Shown one piece after another: positions 58,379 to 64,000 of a stretch of 64,000 nt of DNA; the stretch's first letter is position 1, and every line of letters starts with the position of its first letter. The DNA comes from Candidatus Latescibacterota bacterium. GTDB taxonomy: Bacteria; Latescibacterota; UBA2968. Made by a program: the position numbers and the translations under genes. The DNA lies in assembly GCA_965222605.1 (NCBI GenBank), contig OZ244960.1:4992001-5056000 (forward strand). Reading direction: 5' to 3'. The notes beneath the pieces were generated by a model. It had not been told where the DNA came from and did no database searches. It saw only the letters and a program-made list of their open reading frames with translations.

Positions 58379-59443
58379 TTACACGTATCGTTCGCCCAAT
58401 GCCGCGACCACATCTTTTACGCGCTGAGAGCCATCGCGGGGTACAATAAGCAGGGCATCGCCCGTATCGACTACGATTAAATTCTCGACATCGACCAGTG
58501 CGATTACTTTGTCTTTATTGCTATAAACCGTTGTGTTTTTTGCATTGAGCGATAATACATTGCCATGCAGTACATTGCCATTTTCATCTACGGGCAAGAC
58601 ATCTGTCAAAGCACCCCACGCGCCAATATCGCTCCAATCGATATCTGCTTCTAAGGTCGCAATATCTGACGCGCGTTCGATGATCGCATGATCAATAGCG
58701 ATGTTTTTCATCTGAGGATAGACCGAGGCAATGACGTCTGCTTCTCGTCCCACTTTGACAGCAGTGCCAATTTGTTCGAGCAGGGCATACATCTCGGGTT
58801 CAAATTTTGCAAAAAGATCCAGCATTGTTCTGGCTTTCCACACAAACATATTGCTATTCCACAGATATTGACCGCTCTCCAGGTATGCTTTTGCAGCCGC
58901 TGAATCGGGTTTTTCTTTAAATGATTCTACGGCATAAACTGGTTCGTTGTTCACTTTCGCAATTACATCGCCCTTTTGTATATATCCAAAGCCCGTGTCT
59001 GAGCGTGTTGGTTTTACACCGAGTACAAACAGGGTCTCGGCGCGATCCTCCAGCGCGTCTTCTGCTACTTTGAGCAACCGACAAAATTCCTCTGGCTTGC
59101 CAATATGGTGATCAGAACCCAAACTCGCAATTGTACACCCGGGAAAACGGGCTTCCAACAAGGCGCACTCAAGCCCCACTGCAGGTCCTGTGTTGCGAAG
59201 TGTTGGTTCTACAATCGCGTTTTCGGTAGGTAATTCGGGCAGTTGTTCTCGAACACTATGCAATAGTTTAACGCCGGTAGATACAAAAAGATTATCCATT
59301 TTTGCCAGCGAATGGAGGCGATTTACCGCCTCCTGCAACATCGTGTGTTCACCCGTTAAAGCGTGAAATTGTTTGGGCTTGCTCTTGCGGCTCAAAGGCC
59401 ATAGCCGCGTGCCAACACCACCCGCGCGAATTACAAATTTCAT
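58379..59443 (-). CDS. manC: Mannose-1-phosphate guanylyltransferase (no cupin domain)
   Basis: AGGVGTRLWPLSR..KPKQF, EP..RNT, GFGYI, FKEKP, WSDIGAW. Confidence 0.88.
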   Translation of the reverse strand: MKFVIRAGGVGTRLWPLSRKSKPKQFHALTGEHTMLQEAVNRLHSLAKMDNLFVSTGVKLLHSVREQLPELPTENAIVEPTLRNTGPAVGLECALLEARFPGCTIASLGSDHHIGKPEEFCRLLKVAEDALEDRAETLFVLGVKPTRSDTGFGYIQKGDVIAKVNNEPVYAVESFKEKPDSAAAKAYLESGQYLWNSNMFVWKARTMLDLFAKFEPEMYALLEQIGTAVKVGREADVIASVYPQMKNIAIDHAIIERASDIATLEADIDWSDIGAWGALTDVLPVDENGNVLHGNVLSLNAKNTTVYSNKDKVIALVDVENLIVVDTGDALLIVPRDGSQRVKDVVAALGERYV

Positions 59444-59507
59444 ATCCCGTATCCAGCTATCGCAAAACCAAAAGTAATATTTCTTGCAAGGGGTCACAAC
59501 CGAAACC

Positions 59508-59536
59508 TTGCAGCAAAGGCCGTCTTTTTATATCTT
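59508..59536 (+). promoter_or_regulatory. Sigma70-type promoter of nadA
   Basis: TTGCAG-N17-TATCTT. Confidence 0.5.
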
Positions 59537-59592
59537 TATCTAAATCCGAATCCCCCAGGGGGTTTGCTCCCCCACAACAGGAGCTGACTGTT

Positions 59593-60642
59593 ATGGCACT
59601 GACTGCTACTACTTTGGAAGAGACCTATCGACAGATGGCCGAGCGATTAGAGGGCATTGTGCCCGATATCGAATTGCGCTACAAAGCCGAATTGGCCTAC
59701 GAAATCAACAAGCTTAAAAAAGAGCGCGGGGCGATTATCCTCGGGCATAACTACATGGAGCCGGCGCTTTATCACTCGGTGCCAGATGTCGTGGGCGATT
59801 CGCTCGAATTATCGCGTAAAGCCGCAGAAACCGACGCCGATCCCATTGTTTTTTGCGGCGTCCGCTTTATGGCCGAGACCGCAAAAATCCTCAATCCCGA
59901 TAAAACTGTGCTCTTGCCCGCGCGCGTTGCGGGCTGTTCTCTGGCCGCGAGCATTACCGCGGAAGATGTTCGCAATCTGCGCGAACAATATCCAGGCGTT
60001 CCCATTGTCACGTATATCAACACCTATGCCGATGTCAAAGCCGAGTGCGATATTTGCTGCACATCGGGCAATGCCCACAAGGTCGTCGAATCGCTCAATT
60101 CTGACACTATTATCTTTTTGCCCGACGAATACTTAGCCGCCAATGTGGCGCAAGAGACCGACAAACGCATTATCTTTCCCACCATAACGGGCTTTTCCGA
60201 TCCGAAACCCGGTCTTGAATACGAAATGATCGGCTGGCATGGTCGGTGTGAAGTACACGAGCAATTTACAGTTCAGGATATTGAAAATGTGCGCGTGCAG
60301 TTTCCAGATGTCGTTGTTCTTTCCCACCCGGAATGCAGTCCAGAAGTAGTCGCTGCGTCTGATTTTTCGGGCAGTACTTCTCGCATGGTTGATTATGTTC
60401 GCGATATGGATGCAGAGCGGTATTTGCTGCTCACAGAATGCAGCATGGGCGACAATATCGCCGCGGAAAACCCGGATAAAGAAATGGTTGGTCTGTGCAG
60501 CATTCGCTGTCCACATATGAACGAAATTACACTTGAAGACACGCTCAATGCCCTTGAGTTTAACGAGCAAATCATCGAAGTGCCCGAAGACATCCGCGTG
60601 CGCGCATTAAAAGCTGTGAAACGCATGCTGGAGATTGTATGA
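59593..60642 (+). CDS. nadA: Quinolinate synthase
   Basis: HNY, GDS, FCGVRFMAET, GCSL, YINT, C-x-VH, HPEC, CPHM. Confidence 0.96.
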   Translation: MALTATTLEETYRQMAERLEGIVPDIELRYKAELAYEINKLKKERGAIILGHNYMEPALYHSVPDVVGDSLELSRKAAETDADPIVFCGVRFMAETAKILNPDKTVLLPARVAGCSLAASITAEDVRNLREQYPGVPIVTYINTYADVKAECDICCTSGNAHKVVESLNSDTIIFLPDEYLAANVAQETDKRIIFPTITGFSDPKPGLEYEMIGWHGRCEVHEQFTVQDIENVRVQFPDVVVLSHPECSPEVVAASDFSGSTSRMVDYVRDMDAERYLLLTECSMGDNIAAENPDKEMVGLCSIRCPHMNEITLEDTLNALEFNEQIIEVPEDIRVRALKAVKRMLEIV

Positions 60643-60671
60643 TTGCTTAAAAAATGCAGTTACGCGATACC

Positions 60672-60699
60672 AAAGGCCCGATACTTTCCGGGCCTTTTT
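60672..60699. terminator. Intrinsic terminator between convergent genes
   Basis: AAAGGCCCG-N8-CGGGCCTTTTT. Confidence 0.8.
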
Positions 60700-60741
60700 G
60701 CGTTTTGATATAAACCTGTGTGTTTTTGGTCAATGCTCACC

Positions 60742-62073
60742 TCACTCACCATCGTAAACTTCTGTTTGGAACAGGTTATTTTGAAAATCGAGGTACTGAT
60801 CTTTTGTCATCTCTGGCTTGTAATTGGCAAGTACGGATTTTGCCTCTGCTGCGTGGTCGTAAAGCAGATCCACTGCCATCAGGGCAAGGGATTTTGCCGG
60901 CTCTACATATCCCATCTCTTTATCGGAAATATGCCACTCGACGCTGTGTCCTGGTCCTGTAGCGCCCGACATATAGGGATGAATCGCGGGCATAATGCAG
61001 GATATATCGCCCATATCTGTTGATCCCGTTCTGTGGCCGACTGCACAAAATTCATCTTCTCCCAGACGCGCTCTGGCATTTTTTTCATAGAGTGCCTGCA
61101 AATCCGCATTGTTTTTTAATGGCATATATCCCGGTAGCGTTTCTATTTCTACTGTTGCGCCAAGTGCTATTGCGCCGGCTCGAAGTGCGCGATCTACTTT
61201 CATACTGGCATCGAGAATCGCTTCTGCTGTGCGCCCCCGAACATAAGTTTCCATACAAACTTCGTCGGGTATGACATTGACCAACTCTCCGCCTTTGGTG
61301 ATGATGGGGTGCACCCGAACTGCATCGTGATCTTGGAATGTTTCGCGCTGTGCATTGATGGCATTCAGAGCAATTTGAGCGGCATTTAGAGCATTAACGC
61401 CCCGGTGTGGTGCGCCTCCCGCGTGTGCGGCTTTTCCCACAAACCGAATCATTTTTGCCACAAATCCATTAGATGAGGCGGAAACCGCGGCTTTGGTCAA
61501 TGATTCATCGCTATGTGTATGAATCATAACCGCCATATCGATATCGTCAAAATGTCCGTGCTTGATCAATTCGGGCTTGCCACCCAAAAAGCTCAGTTTA
61601 CCAGATTTTACCAGATTCAGACGGTATTCAACCTCTACAAATTCCTCTGCGGGTACGGCAAAAAAGACGACTCTTCCCGCCAAATCGTCAATTGCGCGCG
61701 CATCCACCATGCCCATCATTGCTCCCATCAATCCCGCGATCTGTGCATTGTGACCACATGCATGTGCGGCGCCCGTATCGGTATTGGCATTGGGATGGCC
61801 GGAGACCACGAGCGAGTCGAGTTCGCCAATCAGTGCAACAGTTGGCCCAGGCTTGCTTCCATGCAATACGCCCTTTACACCTGTAAGCGCCAACTCGGTT
61901 TCACACGGCACGCCAAACTCGTCCATTGTTTGCGATACCAGCCTGGCTGTCTCAAATTCCTTAAATCCCAATTCGGGATTCACCATAATGTGATCGCCAA
62001 TGCGACAAATCTGATCTCGACGTCGATCAATGGCTTCACAAACGCGCTTCTTGAGATCGTCTTTTGTAGGCAT
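60742..62073 (-). CDS. M20 family amidohydrolase
   Basis: PELGFKE, ELD, HACGHN, PAEE, AHA, GSTDMGD. Confidence 0.9.
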   Translation of the reverse strand: MPTKDDLKKRVCEAIDRRRDQICRIGDHIMVNPELGFKEFETARLVSQTMDEFGVPCETELALTGVKGVLHGSKPGPTVALIGELDSLVVSGHPNANTDTGAAHACGHNAQIAGLMGAMMGMVDARAIDDLAGRVVFFAVPAEEFVEVEYRLNLVKSGKLSFLGGKPELIKHGHFDDIDMAVMIHTHSDESLTKAAVSASSNGFVAKMIRFVGKAAHAGGAPHRGVNALNAAQIALNAINAQRETFQDHDAVRVHPIITKGGELVNVIPDEVCMETYVRGRTAEAILDASMKVDRALRAGAIALGATVEIETLPGYMPLKNNADLQALYEKNARARLGEDEFCAVGHRTGSTDMGDISCIMPAIHPYMSGATGPGHSVEWHISDKEMGYVEPAKSLALMAVDLLYDHAAEAKSVLANYKPEMTKDQYLDFQNNLFQTEVYDGE

Positions 62074-62099
62074 ATTCTCCTCCGATTATTTCTTATTTT

Positions 62100-63143
62100 T
62101 TACCTGATTTTTAGTAATAATATCAGCAAAAGAGGCGTTACAATGGCCTGTAAAAGCGTAAATCTGACCAACACCTGTGTATTGGACCAGCCCCATTTTT
62201 GACGGACGTGATCGTGCAGGGGATAACGCACCTGTTTGAAAATGCCGATTTTAAAAAAGCGCAACAAGGCGACTTTCAGAAGACCTGTTGCGCCATTGAC
62301 CAGTACCACTCCAGCAACTACAATAATCAAAAACGGATTGCCACACGCCAGGACCAGCATGCCGAGTAATAAGCCCAGAGGGCGAGATCCGGCATCGCCC
62401 ATTAACACGGCACTTGGATTGGCATTGTGCCACAAATAGCCCACCAAACACCCCGTCATGACAAAAGCCATTACAGCCCAATTCGCGCCCTCTTTGTAGT
62501 GTGGCACAAGCAGGTATTGGGCGATATCCCGATGTCCCACAATGCCGTACAATGCACCACCCAAAAAAATAAATGCCAGCATGCACAAACTGCCCGATAG
62601 GCCATCAACGCCGTCTGTGCAATTTGTGGCGTTAATCGTCATCCACAACAAGCATGTAGCAATAGGGATATAAATCCAGGGCGGGACAATAACCGGTGTT
62701 TTAATGAGCGGCAACCACACTTCGACTGGTGCCATCTGGCACACCACGATAGCGCCTAAAATGGAGATGACCAGATCGAATAGCCCCATGCGGTATTCAC
62801 TCCAGTCACTGCGGTCATCGAGAAAACCCACCAGCATCGCTAAAAACAGGCACCCCAAAGCCGCCAGATATCGCCCTCCAAGCGGCACAAATAAAAACCC
62901 GACCACAATGAAAATGGAAATAAAAATAATACCTGCTCCCACGGGCTTGCCCTTATTTTGGGCGGCGCCAACAGCATGAGCTCGCCCCTGATCGCGCGGT
63001 AACCGGTGCCACAATTTGGGCAAAATTCTCCAGGTGAACACGCAGGCGAGCGCGGTACCTGCACCAACTAAAAATAGATGAGAAGTAAAGAGGCGAAATG
63101 GCCCATAAATGTCCAAAAGTTGCTCCCCCAGCCAGTAGAGCAC
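62100..63143 (-). CDS. mraY: Phospho-N-acetylmuramoyl-pentapeptide transferase
   Basis: GFLDD, NCTDGVDGL, MGDAGS, PLHDH, and multiple TM helices. Confidence 0.85.
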   Translation of the reverse strand: MLYWLGEQLLDIYGPFRLFTSHLFLVGAGTALACVFTWRILPKLWHRLPRDQGRAHAVGAAQNKGKPVGAGIIFISIFIVVGFLFVPLGGRYLAALGCLFLAMLVGFLDDRSDWSEYRMGLFDLVISILGAIVVCQMAPVEVWLPLIKTPVIVPPWIYIPIATCLLWMTINATNCTDGVDGLSGSLCMLAFIFLGGALYGIVGHRDIAQYLLVPHYKEGANWAVMAFVMTGCLVGYLWHNANPSAVLMGDAGSRPLGLLLGMLVLACGNPFLIIVVAGVVLVNGATGLLKVALLRFFKIGIFKQVRYPLHDHVRQKWGWSNTQVLVRFTLLQAIVTPLLLILLLKIR

Positions 63144-63282
63144 AGCACAATCTCCCGTGTGATATGATTTGAAAAACGAAACAAATCAGGACCAATGTAA
63201 GGTCTCTATCATTAAAGGGCAAGTCTGAACTCATAGCCAATCCCTTTGCGGGTGGTTGTTTACCCATTTTCAAAGAAAAACC

Positions 63283-63311
63283 TTGACGCGAAAACAGAGA
63301 CTTTCTATTTT
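63283..63311 (+). promoter_or_regulatory. Sigma70-type promoter of the his leader
   Basis: TTGACG-N17-TATTTT. Confidence 0.65.
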
Positions 63312-63320
63312 GTAATCATT

Positions 63321-63470
63321 ATGGACGCATTGATCAAAAACCCGGTTATTTTTTCAAATCCAAACGCTGTTTTGGCCGGGGATGCGTTTGCCTATACTGC
63401 CCAGCATCATACCCATCATGCTACGTTTGCGACTTTTTGCATGATATGCTCGGCGGCGGATATGTCATAA
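63321..63470 (+). CDS. Putative histidine attenuator leader peptide (49 aa, HHTHH)
   Basis: CAT CAT ACC CAT CAT at 63405-63419, upstream of the attenuator and hisI. Confidence 0.75.
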   Translation: MDALIKNPVIFSNPNAVLAGDAFAYTAQHHTHHATFATFCMICSAADMS

Positions 63471-63489
63471 CAGTTTGTCCAATAAAATG

Positions 63490-63527
63490 AAAAAGCCCGC
63501 TGTCGAGAGACAGTGGGCTTTTTTTTT
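63490..63527 (+). terminator. Attenuator terminator
   Basis: AAAAAGCCCGCTGTC-GAGA-GACAGTGGGC followed by T9. Confidence 0.88.
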
Positions 63528-63622
63528 AGGGAGAGTTAAAATGGCACACAATAACGATGCTTTATGTCGCGATTATTGAAAAAATTTGAAGGCTATTTGC
63601 CTTACTCTAAAAGGAAATTGCT

Positions 63623-64000
63623 ATGGATCATACACTTGAAGAAGGCACAGAAATTCATCTCGATTTTGAAAAGCTCCGCAAGATTGCACAGACCGATCAT
63701 CCCGTCATTCCCGTTGCTGTGCAGGATGTGGATAGCAAAGCCGTTCTCTTGATTGGCTATGTCAATGAACTGGCGCTCGAATATGCACTTGAACACCGCG
63801 TGGCAACTTTCTGGAGTACATCGCGCAATGAACTCTGGATCAAAGGAGCCACTTCTGGCGATATGCTCGAATTGGTCGATGTGCGCGTCAACTGCGAGCA
63901 AAATTCACTGCTTTATCTGGTGCGACTCAAAGGCGATGGATCGTGCCATACCAGAGAAAATGATCGAGCGCGGTACGGCTGTTATTACCGCAGTATCGAT
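63623..64000 (+). CDS. hisI: Phosphoribosyl-AMP cyclohydrolase (3'-truncated; absent from the ORF track)
   Basis: My translation: MDHTLEEG...VQD...FWSTSRNELWIKGATSG...NCEQNSLL...CHT...CYYR. Confidence 0.9.
   Translation, partial: MDHTLEEGTEIHLDFEKLRKIAQTDHPVIPVAVQDVDSKAVLLIGYVNELALEYALEHRVATFWSTSRNELWIKGATSGDMLELVDVRVNCEQNSLLYLVRLKGDGSCHTRENDRARYGCYYRSID

Noticed and set aside
63382-63444. Alternative leader ORF MRLPILPSIIPIMLRLRLFA
   Set aside because: It contains no His codons, so the HHTHH frame explains the attenuator better.
1-64000. CRISPR array, tRNA, rRNA, IS or prophage
   Set aside because: I saw no regularly spaced repeats with unique spacers, cloverleafs, rRNA motifs, transposases, integrases or phage structural genes.

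Overview
Gene-dense bacterial chromosomal window (roughly 50% GC by eye) with about 50 protein-coding genes. I found no rRNA, tRNA, CRISPR array, integrase or transposase. Housekeeping genes (hemW, thrB, tsaC, recD2, purM, nadA, mraY, hisI, trmY, a mannose-1-P guanylyltransferase) alternate with catabolic blocks. These blocks include enolase-superfamily and DHDPS-family paralogs, a TonB receptor, three tandem metallophosphoesterases, two M19 dipeptidases and three sulfatases. A 1567-aa NHL/FG-GAP surface protein and the sulfatase richness suggest a marine, possibly sponge-associated Latescibacterota/Gemmatimonadota-like organism (inference only). The most notable unannotated signals are non-coding: (1) two convergent, highly structured ~135-140 nt candidate small RNAs between recD2 and tesA; (2) a complete histidine leader-peptide attenuator upstream of hisI; (3) a sigma-54 promoter with enhancer sites before an orphan ABC permease; (4) heptamer repeat tracts overlapping stop codons, plus a GTAG-type REP. 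All calls come from reading the sequence and from motif recall; no searches or folding programs were run.
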